A stretch of 64,000 nucleotides of DNA, from contig NC_043001.1 of NCBI RefSeq assembly GCF_006345805.1, positions 121,210,001 through 121,274,000 of the forward strand. The letters run 5' to 3'. Below, piece by piece: positions 25,507 through 38,470 of this stretch. A program made the translations under genes and the position numbers. The first letter of the stretch is position 1, and each line of letters starts with the position of its first letter. The DNA is from Octopus sinensis. Lineage: Eukaryota. The notes below the pieces were generated by a model. It was not told where the DNA came from, made no database searches, and saw only the letters and a program-made list of their open reading frames with translations.

Positions 25507-28500
25507 CATTGGTTCTCAATTGGGGTTCATATAAGATTTTGCGGGTTCTATGCTAGCAAAATATTGAATTGTGAGGATCCTCAGTAGTGTTTTAAAGGTC
25601 TCTGAAAAGTTTTGATTTAAATGCATGAATTGCAAGAAACAGTTAGGTTTCTTTCTCTAACATTTTACATAGTTCAACCTATGCAACTGAGTGTGTGAAT
25701 AACAAAAAAGAATAAGAATTTTGAAGGCAGTATCATCATCATCATCATCATCATTTAGCGTCCGCTTTCCATGCTAGCATGGGTTGGACGGTTCAACTGG
25801 GGTCTGTGAAGCCAGAAGGCTGCATCAGGCCCAGTCTGATCTGGCAGTGTTTCTACGGCTGGATGCCCTTCCTAATGCCAACCACTCCGTGAGTGTAGTG
25901 GGTGCTTTTTACGTGCCACCCGCACAGGTGCCAGACGGAGCTGGCAAACGGCCACGAACGGATGGTGCTTTTACGTGCCACTGGCACGGGGGCCAGGCGA
26001 GGCTGGCAATGGACACGAGCGGTTGGTGCTTTTACGTGCCACTGGCACAGGGGCCAGGCGAGGCTGGCAACGGACACGAAAGGATGGTGCTTTTTACGTG
26101 ACACCGGCATGAGGCCAGTCGGTGCGGCGCTGGCAACGGTCACGAACGGATGGTTCTCTTACGTGCCACCGGCACTGGTAACTCAGCTGCAATTTCTATT
26201 GATCGATTTCGATTCTGATCCTCACTTGCCTCAACAGGTCTTCACAAGTAGAGTTTTGTGTTCCAAGAAGGGAAGGTATGCATACGTAGGCTGGCTCCAT
26301 CCCATGTAGAAGGCCATGGGTTATGGTCTCACTTGTCCTGCCGGGTCTTCTCGCGCACAGCATACTTCCAGAGATCTCGGTCTCTAGTCATTTCCTCAGT
26401 GAGACCTAAAGTTCGAAGGTCGTGCTTCACCACCTCGTCCCAGGTTTTCCTGGGTCTGCCTCTTCCACAGGTTCCCTCAACCGCTAGGGTGTGGCACTTT
26501 TTCACACAACTATCTTCATTCTCGCCACATGCCCATACCAGTGCAAACGTCTCTCTTGCACACCACAACTGATGCTTCTTAGGTCCAGCTTTTCTCTCAA
26601 GGTACTTACACTCTGTTGAGTATGAGTACTGACATTACACATCCATCGGAGCATACTGGCTTCATTTCTTGCGAGCTTACGCATATCCTCAGCAGTCACG
26701 GCCCATGTTTCACTGCTATGTAGCATGGCTGTTCGTACACACGCATCATACAGTCTGCCTTTTACTCTGTGCGAGAGGCCTTTTGTCACCAGCAGAGGTA
26801 AGATCTCTCTGAACTTTGCCCAAGCTATTCTTACTCTAGCAGTTACACTTTCAGCACACCCGCCCCCGCTGCTGACTTGGTCACCTAGGTAACGGAAGCT
26901 ATCAACTATTTCTAGTTTTTCTCCCTGGAAAGTGACGGAAGTTGGTCTCAGAGCATTTTCAGTGTTTATTGTTCCTGAGCATCTGCCACATACAAAAACC
27001 ATCTTCCTAGTTAGCCTTCCTTTGACATTGCTGCACCTCTTATGTGTCCATAGCTTACACTTGGTGCATCTTATAGAGTTTCTACCTACACCTTTTCTAC
27101 AGATCGAGCAGGGCCATCTACCCGAAGGCGTTTGTGATTTGTCTACCTTCCTACTGATTACGACTTTGGTTTTAGCTAGATTGACTCTAAGGCACTTCGA
27201 TTCTAATCCTTGTTTCCACACCTGAAACTTCTCCTCCAGTTCTGATAGTGACTCAGCAATTAGAGCAAGGTCATCAGCATAGAGGAGCTCCCAAGGGCAT
27301 CCTGTCTTGAATTCCTCCATTATTGCCTGGAGGACTATGATAAATAGGAGGGGGCTGAGGACTGAGCCTTGGTGGACCCCTTCCTCTACCCAGAATTCTT
27401 CACTGTACTCGTTGCCAACCCTCACCTTACTAGCAGCGTCCCTGTACATGGCTCGCACAGCTCTCACTAACCATTCATCTATCCCTAGTTTCCTCATTGA
27501 CCACCAGATAAGGGATCGGGGGACCCTGTCGAAGGCTTTCTCCAAGTCAACAAAAGCCAGATACAAGGGCTTATCTTTGGCTAGGTATTTCTCCTGCATC
27601 TGCCTTACCAGGAATATAGCATCAGTGGTGCTTTTCCCTGGCACGAACCCAAACTGCATCTCATCTAAACTAACTCTCTCTCTAATTAGTTGGGCTATCA
27701 CCCTCTCCGTAACCTTCGTCACCTGATCCAACAGCTTGATACCTCTGTAATTATTTGTATCTAGGGCGTCACATTTACCTTTGTAGCAGTTGACTATTAT
27801 GCTGCTACACCAGTCATTGGGTATGACTCCTTTGTGTATCACCTGATTAACTATATGGGTGACTTGGCTATAGCTTACACTACCAGACATTTTGAGCATC
27901 TCTGCAGTGATTCCTGATGGGCCTGGGGCTTTCCCTGTCTTCATGCTTCTAATTGCCTTAACTACTAAGGAACTATCAACTCGGATAGCTGGTCCCTCTG
28001 TTGGGTCAACATTCGGCAGACTCTCTTTATCCCATTCATTTTCTTTATTCAGCAACCTTTCATAGTGGCATCTCCAAACCTCTCTCTTTGCATCCTCATT
28101 TAGCGCAAGTGAACCATCTTCCATGCGAACACACTTCTCTCCTACCACATCATGATTTTCTCTCACACACTGTCTTGCAACACGAAACACCTCCAGTCTT
28201 TGGTCCTCACGGCGCAGAACATTGGCAAATTTTTTCTTATCTGCTTCCTCTCCTAGCTTCTCTTTTGGCAGTCTGATACAATTCCCTGCTAACCCCATTT
28301 TTCCAGACCTTCCAAGCCTGTCTCTTTTCTCTAATAGCCCTGTCTACAACATTGTTCCACCACCACCACGTTATTCTAGGTCGAGAGGGGACTTTGCACC
28401 AGCCACAGATCTGGTCAGTGGCTCTCAGCAGGTTGTCCCTTAGAAACGTCCAGTTGTCTTCTACCCCCTGTGATGCTCTATCCCCTTCTACTTCGTCAAA

Positions 28501-29314
28501 GGCTTCAAGTAATATGTCCCTAAATCTCTGTCCATTTGCAGGATCTTTAAGCTTCCAGATCCTTCTTCTCCATGTTGGTCGTCTTCTGGTTGTCCTCCTA
28601 GTCCTGATCCTAAAGTCACTAACTACCAGTCTATGTTGTGGGGTACATTCTTTGCCTGGGAAGGTTTTGGCATTTATAAGCAGCCATCTCTCCCTTTGCC
28701 TGGCAAGGATGTAGTCAATTTGGCTGGTATGTTGGCCCGATCGGTAGGTGACTAGTAGGTTTCCTGAAGTTAGTGTTGCAAATCATAAGATTATTTGCAT
28801 CGCAGAACTCCAGCAGCCTGGTTCCCTCCTCGTTGCGGGAACCATAACCATAGCCTCCATGTACGCCATGGAAGCCCCCAGCATGTCGTCCAACGTGACC
28901 ATTGAAGTCACCAGCCACAAAGAGAAGGTCTCTGTCGTTTGTCAACGAGGTAGTCTGCAGTAGAGTGTCATAGAATCGGTCTTTCTGTCCATCGGGTAGC
29001 CCCGACTGAGGAGCATAGGCTGATATAATGGTTGCTAAACTATGATGAAGCACTAATCTAATCTTAAGTATTCTGTCACATACTCTGATTACCTCAATTA
29101 CTTTATCTACCCATTTCTCAGCGATAAGTATACCCACGCCACCAACCCCGTCAGTGTTCCCTGCCCAGAAAATCTTGTACCTGCGTTCCTTGCCTGTGAG
29201 GAACCTAGCAGTATCTATAAAATTAGTTTTTAAACATAGAATGGCTATGGGGGTCCACCAGAGTAAAACAGTAATCAAAGGGATCCAGAGATAAAAAATG
29301 ATTCAGAACTACTT
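25507..29314. mobile_element. hAT/Charlie-type MITE (~327 bp when empty) split by an RTE insertion
   Basis: 8-bp TSD CTCTAGAC at 25499-25506 and 29315-29322, fitting the Charlie-group target NTCTAGAN. The ends CATTGGTTCTCAAT and ATTCAGAACTACTT are degenerate inverted repeats of the CAGTGGTTCTCAAC type. Confidence 0.75.
25735..29207 (-). mobile_element. RTE-clade LINE, 5'-truncated within the APE endonuclease, in the last USP22 intron
   Basis: APE motifs GVGILIAEKW, ISAYAPQSG and AGDFNGHVG lie at 28715-29207. RT ORF 26502-28298 has NYRGIKLL, FVDLEKAFD, GVHQGSVLSP and LLYADD. There is a (GAT)n tail, TSD GCAGTATC at 25727-25734 and 29208-29215, and frameshifts near 28740, 28290 and 26520. Confidence 0.95.
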
Positions 29315-29946
29315 CTCTAGACAATTAAGTTTCTTGCATTTTCTCCAGAGCTTTTATTTCACTAATATCTCTTCTGTGCTAGAGAGCTTGGATTTCTCAT
29401 CTCTCAATGATCTGTTGCATGGTGTTTCATTATGCATACATAGTCTTTTTCTACTCTCTTATATTTTTCATGCCTCTGATCTATAACAACATGACTGTGT
29501 GTCAATATCACTAAGCAAAAGTTCTTAAATACCATTGAAAAATCAGTTCTCAAATATAGCAAAAGCATGAAAAATGCCACAAATATTTTTTCCGTCTTAT
29601 ACTAGCATGGTCTGCCATTAACAAATTAGAGAAGGAATTCTGGAGAGAAAAAGTCTCAAATGAGAGGGCCTGACAACATATATCAGTAGCCAAGTGGGGA
29701 GTATCTATGTGTGTTTGCATAGTGGATCACACAGCCATGTTTGTGTCACATACTAGTTAATGGATTATTGGTGTACGTTGTTTTAGGCCAGGTCTTGGAA
29801 CTTTTTGATAGCACCTCATATGTTTGAGATTTCAATTTGTAATGTCATATGAATTTGCATTTTGAGTTTATCATCATAAAAAGAGTAATCTATGATTAAC
29901 CATTGCTTTATGTTTATCATTTATTTTCCTCTCTCTTTTTCTCTAG

Positions 29947-29989
29947 GTATTTGCTGTTCTACCACAAACAGATCTTGGAATATGAATGA
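29947..29989 (+). CDS. USP22: USP22-like terminal coding exon
   Basis: ttctctAG at 29945-29946. Translates (G)YLLFYHKQILEYE then TGA at 29987-29989, matching the USP22 C-terminus. The nine exons sum to 1217 nt and stay in frame. Confidence 0.95.
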
Positions 29990-30810
29990 CATTCTTATGA
30001 AGACAGATACACACACACACTACACAAAAACATAAGACTTTTTTATCTGCTGCTACTGCTGTTGTAATCACACCTCTGGTTTCTACTTTGGCTATAATTA
30101 CAGAGCAAAATGGAAGAAAAAAATGAGGGGTGGAGCAGGATGGGTAGTGGTAGTGGCGGGGAGTAAATGTTAATCCACCAACCACCACCGCCACCATCTT
30201 CTACCCACCAGAAAAAATTTTTTCAGTGCCATGTTTTGGCTGTCATTGTCCAAAAGTCTTGGCTGTTTCTCTGCCCACCGTCTGGCCAACAGATATGTTA
30301 TTGATTTTTTTTTTAAAACCTACCCCCAACCCCACCTTATTTCCATCACCTCCCCCACTCTTATCCCTTATCTCTCTTCCCTTCCCCTCCCTTCCACATC
30401 CAGTAATGTTTATTCTTGTGAGAAAAGCAGATGTCTTGCTTTGTATATGGACAAATCAAAAAAAAAAATTTAAAAAAGACAAACAAAAATAAGACAATGT
30501 AAAAATAAAAACAAAAAAAAACAATTCCACAAAAGACAAATTCAGATTCTAATCATGTCAACAAAGTCACATGTTTCTGCTTAAAGAGAAGACGTCTTTA
30601 AATGTTAATTTTTTTTTTTTTTTATTCTATTGACAGTTTTCTTATCAAGCATCCATCAACTCCACAATTTCATTTTATACATTGTGAGCTCTGAATGACA
30701 GAGGAGGTGCGTTTTACACTCTACTAGACATGCACTCTGCAAACACGTGTTTCTGTGAAATATATACCGACACACACACACACACACACACATACATTCA
30801 CTAATAAATG
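29990..30810 (+). other. USP22 3' UTR, extent uncertain; candidate AATAAA signals at 30504-30509 and 30803-30808
   Basis: The sequence follows the stop codon and contains AATAAA hexamers in an A/T-rich context. The true end cannot be set without transcripts and could lie near 32.8 kb. Confidence 0.4.
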
Positions 30811-30903
30811 TATATATGTATATTTACCCATATTTATATATGTGTGTTTGTGTGTATGTATACATACATACACACATATGCATGTGTATGTATGTATGTA
30901 TGT

Positions 30904-30950
<47 letters not shown>

Positions 30951-32213
30951 TACATGCATACATATACATATGGAGAACAATTATATACTTGTGCAGATGA
31001 AAATATCTCAGTCAATCAGCCATTTCTCTTTTCTCTCGTTTCTCTTTCGTTGCTAATCTGAGGCAAAATGGTGCACAACCTCAACACTGCATTGAATAAC
31101 CATTCATCATAATTTCTGTCACACAAATAAATATATAGCGCGTACCTAAGAAACCACGGAGTGAGTAAGTAAACCAACTGGCCGGCAATACAATAAACAA
31201 ATAAGGTGTCGTCAAGCAGGAAGTCTCTTCTTTCATGATGGTTCAGTCTGCTAGAAAATAACTAGAACCCCTTTCAAGTTAACATCCTACTGTCTAAAAT
31301 AGGAAAAGGGCACATTACATGATGATAAATTCTCACTTTACTTCAATTTTGATGTATGGATATCCAGTTGTTCGCTCAGCTGAACAGTCTGTTTGTTGAA
31401 TAGGTGTGAAAAGTGGTTGAATATTCAACAAACACGTACCTTTACAGTAATTCTCAGGTAAAAATCAGCTTGACAGACGTATGACGAGGCTGGACCTTTG
31501 AATTACAGGTAGAGTCCATTCACTGGACTCCTATACAATTTCTGTCTACTCAGTTTCACTGATAGGGCTTGTGTTGACCAGAGGATATAGTAAAAGGCAC
31601 TTGCCCCAGATACTATCTGTTAGGATTGAACCTAGCATGTGATGGTTGCAAAGTGAGCTGCTTAACCATTTAGCCATTCTTGTGTCCACACATTACACAA
31701 TTTGTCCTAGATAAACTTGGAGAAGACTGGTTGTGGCTGGAATGCTAATGATCATAAGTCTGCTCAGTCATCATTGACCCAGGGCTAAACAACAATGATT
31801 TTTATTCACATCTGGAATGAGTGAGTTTAGTACTGTAGGGATTTGTGTGAGTGGGGTGGGGAAGAGGATTGATGTCCTTTAAAGGTAGGAAGGGGGTTGC
31901 TTATTATTTAATTAATTTTTTTGTCTCCTTTTGTCATTGCTACATCTGTCTTAGATTTTTAACATCTCTTCATCATCGACTTTACTCTCCTCTCTCTCTT
32001 TCTCTCCTTCCTTCAACATACATACACACACAAACACTCACTCACAGATATTCATAACACATTGTTTTTAACCATTTATATGGTTGTCTCTTACCGTGGT
32101 GTCCACCCTCCCCCCCTGCTGTCAACACCTCAAACCACAAACCATTAATTTCAAATGCATTGAGTCATTCATTTTCTACATTTGTCTTCCCATTCTCTGG
32201 TTACCTATCCGTA

Positions 32214-32244
<31 letters not shown>

Positions 32245-32464
32245 TTTCTCTACTCCTTTCACTCTATCTCTCTCCTTGCTGCCCATCTCTAACATATATA
32301 CATACACACAAACATATATACACAGAATGATGCTGTACTTGACTTGTTCCTCATCAGAAATAATTTCCACTTCCTGAGGTCTTTTTCTTTTTCCTATGTC
32401 CGTCTCCTCAATTTCTGGGGAATGGACACTTAACAGATGTACAGCTTCCGCTGCTGACCAGACG

Positions 32465-32498
<34 letters not shown>

Positions 32499-33070
32499 AA
32501 ATTTTATTGTAAATAATATAATAAATGAAAACTGATAATTTGTTTTTCTTTTTTTCTTTTTTTTTAAGGGTAATAAATATTTTTTTGTTCAAATTCAGTC
32601 AAATTGTGAATTCCTACCAATCATTTTTCAGCAAGCTCTTTTTCTTTTCATTACACCCACATTAACTTCTAAATCTAATTTTGTTGATGGTTAAATAGCT
32701 CCTTCCCCCCACCCGTCCCCATCTACTTTCTATTCTTTATTTCAGGATTATGGTTTGTATAAGTGATAGTTTTGCTTCTTTGTCATTTGTAATATGCCAT
32801 TATTTTATTTCAAGGTACAATAGTTGTGATGTTAAAACTGCCAAACTAGTGACCACATAATCCAATAGTTCAAAACTAATACTAAACCCATTATGCATGC
32901 ATATTCATATCAGTGTCTTATCATCATCATCATCATCATCATCATCATGGACTTGACAGACTCCCAGTCAAAATGCCTTGCAGTATTTCCTCTGGCTTCT
33001 TACATTCTGAATTCATATCTTACCATGGTCGATATAATCTACTGTTCACCCGCACAAAATATTTTTTTGC

Positions 33071-33392
33071 CTTGGGTTCAGTCCCATTGCGTGGCACCTT
33101 GGGCAAGTGTCTTCTTCTATGGCCTCGGGCCGACCAAAGCCTTGTGAGTGGATTTGGTAGACGGAAACTGAAAAGAAGCCTGTCGTATATATATATATAT
33201 ATATATATGCGTGTGTGTGTTTGTCCCCCTAGCATTGCTTGACAACCGATGCTAGTGTGTTTATGTCGGCAAAAGAGACCGATAGCATAAGTACTGGGCT
33301 TACAAAAGAATAAGTCCCAGGGTCAAGTTGCTCGATTAAAGGCGGTGCTCCAGCATGGCTGCAGTCAAATGACTGAAACAAGTAAAAGAGAG
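33071..33392 (+). mobile_element. SINE family A (tRNA-like head, internal (TA)/(TG) tract, TAAAAGAG-type tail), 5'-truncated
   Basis: gggttcagtcccattgcgtggcaccttgggcaagtgtcttc...ggtgctccagcatggctgcagtcaaatgactgaaacaagtaaaagag. It is nearly identical to the reverse complement of 35340-35713 and 46031-46408. Confidence 0.85.
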
Positions 33393-33529
33393 TACCAATG
33401 TTAGAAACAAATACTATTTTCATCATCATTGTCATTGTAGTTTGATAGAAACACTAAAGTACAAAGTTGAATGTTTTCCATTGTTTATATAAGTATAGGG
33501 ATGAAAGAAGTTTGCTTCACAACCACCTG

Positions 33530-33850
33530 ATTTCAACTGGAGGAACTATCTTTGCAAAAGAATAGATTCTGAAAAGATCAGGGCCACAGCCACTGCAAGA
33601 AATTGTAGAAGAGCACCAATTTCCATCAACTGTCCACATTCTACATTTAGCCAATCAACAGTGCTTGAAAACTGCCTCAACTTGGGTACTGCATGTCAGT
33701 AGGTGTAGGAGCCTGACAAAGATCACTTGGTGGCTGACATTTCAGGATGGCCTGAAGACATTCAACAATGTGCGGAACGGATGTGCAAGAGTAGCTGCTG
33801 ATTAAACCCGATGGAGGAAGCTTGCCACTCAATGTAGTGTAGGAGCTAAA
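33530..33850 (+). mobile_element. Old RTE/BovB-like ORF 3' remnant
   Basis: Degenerate QLEELSLQKNR...TFQDGLKTFNNVRNGCARVAA.*TRWRKLATQC resembles RTE C-termini. It is heavily decayed. Confidence 0.45.
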
Positions 33851-34399
33851 GCTTAGCCCACTGTGATGTACCTTGGGACTGTCTTCTATAGTTCTTGACT
33901 ATCCAATGCTTTGTGAGGGAATGTTGTAGATAGACTGCACAAGACCTTTTGCGTGTTGTGAATATTTACATTCTGCACTTAGCATTGACAAAGCAATGAG
34001 TTACAACTCGTGAAGCTTGTTGACATTTCTCTGTCATCAAATTGTCCTGCAGCTATGCATTTTTGAAGGTGTGTGGAGTGAAATCACACTTACAAAAAAC
34101 CTGAGTGAGAGTTAGCAATAAGAAAGGTATCATGTTGTAAGAAGACAATACATCAATAATATATATTTGTCTAACCCATGCAAGCATGGAAAAAAAAAAG
34201 TGAAATGAGCAAACAAATTTCCAAATCTATGTCCTGAGTTCTGATTTTGTTAAGCCTCAATTGGGAGAGACAATTATTTTTCTTAGCTGTTTTAGCCCAC
34301 TATTTTCAAAACAAGACACAGATTATGTAGCCCTAGTCAGAAAAATACAGATAGAGTACTCATAGATGGAAAGCCTTCATCATAGCTGTGAGAGTTTGT

Positions 34400-34995
34400 T
34401 TGTGAAAGATGTGAGATGTGAGAAAGGAGGTGGAAACGGTGAGAGGGTTTTGTTATTTGGGAGATAGGGTGGATGTGAAGTAACTGAGATAGCAAGAGCG
34501 AGACTTGGCTGGGTGAAGTTTAGGGAATATGGAGTGTTGTTATATGGGAAATGGTTCTCATTGAAGATGAAAGAAAGGGTCTATAGGAATTGCATGAGAG
34601 CTGCAATGCAGTATGGGAGTGAGACATGGTGTCTGAGGGAGAGAGAGATGACAATTTTGAGAAGGACCAAGAGAGCAATGGTGTGAAGCTGTTTGATAAG
34701 AGGAGGACTTGAAGTGGGATGCTGGGGTTGGAGGAATTGGTGGAATGGAGTGTGGTGGTATGGGCATGTGTTGAGGAGGGTGCTTGAGTTAGAGGTAAAC
34801 GGACCGTGAAAACAAGTTAGACCAAGGAAACGTAGAGGGGACAGGTGGAGGAGGAGATTAGGAGGCTTGGCTTGATAAGGGAAGATGCCCAAAATTGGGC
34901 AAGATGGTGTGAGGGTGGTTGCTATGGCAATGAGGTAGATCCGGCCACCCTCTGTTAATGGGGACAAAACCTGGATTTAAAGCACTGGAGATGAT
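34400..34995 (+). mobile_element. Degraded RTE-related LINE of a different subfamily (end of RT and 3' end)
   Basis: EVETVRGFCYLGDRVD, ARLGWVKFREYGVLLYGKWFSLKMKERVYRNCMRAAMQYGSETWCLREREMTILRRTKRAM parallels the YLG...YGSETW region of RTE RTs. Confidence 0.75.
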
Positions 34996-35339
34996 ATTTT
35001 TAACGAACACATTTAAATATTTTATTGTGAGAAAACTAATTGGTGGGGTTTCAAACATACTAATTTAACTATATTCTGCCTAAGTTATCAATTTGCAGAA
35101 AAACAGTTATTTATTGATCTGTTTTTTGATGAAAAAAGATTAATTTACCTTTACACATACATAGATGATTTTATAAACTCACACATATATATCATCATAA
35201 TCATTTAATGTCCATGTATGATATAAACTGCATTTTCTTTATCCTTTCTCAACATCAGTTGTTCCATTATCTTTTGCTGAAGAGTCCTTTCGAAAATTTT
35301 AAAAATTTGTTGTGCTGTTAACTTTCTCTTTGATAACTC

Positions 35340-35713
35340 TCTTTACTCTTTTACTCGTTTCAGTCATTTGACTGCAGCCATGCTGGAGCACCACCTTTAG
35401 TCGAGCAAATCAATCCCAGGACTCATTCTTTGGAAGACTAGTACTTATTCTATCAGCCTCTTTTGCCGAGCCGCTAAGTTACAGGATGTAAACACACCAG
35501 CATCAGTTGTCAAGCGATGTTGAGGGGACAAACACACACACACACATACATATATATATACATATATACGATGGGCTTCTTTCAGTTTCCATCTACCAAA
35601 TCCACTCACAAGGCTATAGTAGAAGACACTTGCCCAAGGTGCCACGCAGAGGGACTGAACCCAGAACCATGTGGTTGGTAAGCAAACTACTTACCACACA
35701 GCCACTCCTGTGC
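35340..35713 (-). mobile_element. SINE family A, full length
   Basis: The minus strand has A box tggctgtgtggtaag and B box ggttcagtccc, a ccttgggcaagtgtctt CORE-like motif, and an aaagag-type tail. Confidence 0.85.
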
Positions 35714-38273
35714 CTATAAGTTTATAATTTTCATTAATTTTGGCTTTTGTTTTTTGGTGTCGCCCAGTGTCTTTGTTTCTGTGGACAGGACTCTGAAAAG
35801 TGGTTCATATAATTGTGTTGGTCAATGTTATTAGTAAATCTCCTGTTGTTGTCCTTTACAGTGATTTGTAGTAGACATTTGTTGGATGTGTTTTCAAATT
35901 TTATGCTTCTTTGGTGTGTTTCAAGGAGATTTTGCTGGTTGATTTTCATTGTGAGAGGAAAGTTGTAATGTTGATCTTGGGAGTAATTTTTACGTATTTT
36001 ACTACTTTTTTATGAAGTATTCCTGTCTCTGGTTTGGGGTTAATTAAAAAAAGTTTGAGGTTGGTCTTGGATCATATTGTTTAGATCAAAATTCATTTAG
36101 TTTCCTTAGTTTCCAACCTTTTTTAAATTTAATTTTGCTTTTCTTTTCCTTTTGCATTTTTCAAACCATTCAGTATTTTCCTTGCAACATTAGAGATATT
36201 TCAGTTCTTTTTGGATTCTTTTTTCCACAGTTGTGAAATATTTTTGAGGTTCAGACACTCGCCCTTTTTTTATTCCTTCTATGAATTCTTTGGAGATTTC
36301 TTGATAAATGGATTTTAGCTTTTCCTCATTGAGCTGTGCTCTTAAATTTAGTATCTCAATTTCCATCCTCATTTTGTGTCATGTTTTTTTGTAGTTTATG
36401 CTTTGGCTTCTGGGATGGGTTTTATTTAGAGCTTGCAAGGCAGGATTATTGATGTTGAGTTTAGCCATTTTTCATCTACTTTTCATTTGAAATCATTTTT
36501 TAAAAACTAAATCTTCTATCAGTAAGGAATTTTTTCAATAGGGGAAATATGTGATTTTTCATTAGGTATATAATTCTTAGTGTATTTGAGTCATTTGCTT
36601 CATGGTTTTATGGTTCTTGCTTAGATTTGTTTGAAAAAAGTGTTTCTATGGTTTCAAACAATTTTCCCAGATTTTTGCTGGTGCATTATGTTTCTCACTT
36701 TAATTTCTTCATTGTTTTCTCTGTTAGGGCCAGGTGTTGCATTGATCTTATAGGTTATCATTATGAGGTTGGCAATTTCTGTTCCATGTGCAGTATGTGA
36801 TATTGAAAAAGTTTAGGGGATTTCCACAAGAAAATTAACATTCAAAACAAAAGGAGAAAAAGGAGGAAAGTATATTTTTTTCAAAATATGCTCCCAGTTT
36901 CAATTGTTTAAGACAACTTAGTCATGCAATAAGGAAGGGGGAAAAATTAATCTTCCATAAAAGCAATTTTTGAAAGATCATATTTTACTTACAAAATTTA
37001 CATAGTAATAGTTGTTGGTCTCATAGGATCATAAATAGTACTTGTAGCATTTTTAACAATGATGTTGACTATTGTTCCTTACTAGCAATGCTGATATTCA
37101 GGAATGGCTCATAATGGTGAGAGAAGTCATGGTAATGGCAACAGTGTTAATAGCACAAATTGTAATTGTCTTAGTAGTAGTAACTATTAGCCTTGCCAGT
37201 GAAGTATTAGTTGTTGTTGTAGTGGTGGAAATGGCAGAAGCTGTAGATATGAGAGTGATTTGTTTCTCTTCTTTGTAGTAGTATATTTTTGTTAATTCCA
37301 TCAAGTAGTGTTTTGGATTATTTTAGTTTCGCTATGCTTTCATTCCATAAAATAAAACAGTCATCAAGGTATCATTTCCAGCTTTCTTGTGGGTGTGTGT
37401 ATATATTTAAAGAAAGAGCTCTTGTACTTTAGTAGTGATTTCTGTCACCATCTGAGTAACTTTTTAGACATCCTACTCTCAAGCCAGTCCTCAAACATAT
37501 TACAGGTCTTATAAGAGATTCCTTAGATATGCTAAATCACCTGTGTAAAAACTATGATTGTGTCATTCAATGTAGTGAATCTTTATACAAGCATCACTCA
37601 TGACTTTGAAATTGAAGCCATTAAATTCTAGTTGGTTAATTATAAAACTGAACTAAGCAACACATAGAGAAGGAATTAATCATAGAAGGACTAAAATTCA
37701 TTCCAGAGAATAACTATTTTATGTTTAACAACAACTTTTTTCAACAAAAATTTTGAACTGCAATAGGGATGAAAACAGACCCCTCCTTTGCAAATTTAGT
37801 AATGGGTTTTCTAATGATTACAGTGTGCCATAAATCACTACAAAAATACAGAAACTCTTTCTTTATATACTAAACCAATTCCCATTTTTGACATCCTACA
37901 TTTTGTAATGTAGTGATATCATTACCTTCAATCTCCATATGATCTCTACGTTATCAGAATCAATCTGGGCTTCTTTCTCTCTCTTTCTTATCTGTGTGTG
38001 TGCATAACGGTTAAGTCTAATGTTTTGTTGTGTATGTGTTTGTATGTCAACAGCAGCAATTTTAACACCTTGTATAATGATTAATATGCACTAAGTGAAT
38101 GAGTGAAGATATTAATTGTTAGTTGAAATGATCATTTATTTATTATTGTCATCATTACAAAGTAAGTTACAACTACTTCAAGTTGTTGAAATACACAAGA
38201 TTCTGTGGGTGACTACCAGAGAGAGAAAGTGTAACAGAGTTTATTATTATTATTATTATCATCATTATTAAGA

Positions 38274-38470
38274 TGGTGAGCTGGTGGAATCGTTAGCATG
38301 CTGGACGGAGTGCTGAGCTGCAACTGCATTTCACCCATCACTACCTTCTGAATTCAAATTCTTGTTCGGATTAAATGAGTATCTGTGGAGCATTGGGGTC
38401 GATGTGAACTAATTGCCCCTCGGCACATTTTCAGGCCTTGTGTCTAGAGTACAAATTATTATTATTAATA
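38274..38470 (+). mobile_element. SINE family B copy whose (ATT)n tail runs into a long low-complexity tract
   Basis: ggtgagctggtggaatcgttagcatg...gaattcaaatt...ggggtcgatg...caggccttgtgtctagagtacaaattattattatt. Confidence 0.7.

Noticed and set aside
30125-30165. G-quadruplex in the USP22 3' UTR
   Set aside because: G-runs are uneven, mostly GG, with irregular loops. This is too weak to claim without computation.
32339-32414. Minus-strand peptide EIEETDIGKRKRPQEVEIISDEEQ resembling an NLS plus SUMO-interacting motif, with a possible AG/GT pair
   Set aside because: It is isolated, with no partner exons, and is expected by chance from the purine-rich complement of a CT-rich stretch. It would need RNA-seq junction support.
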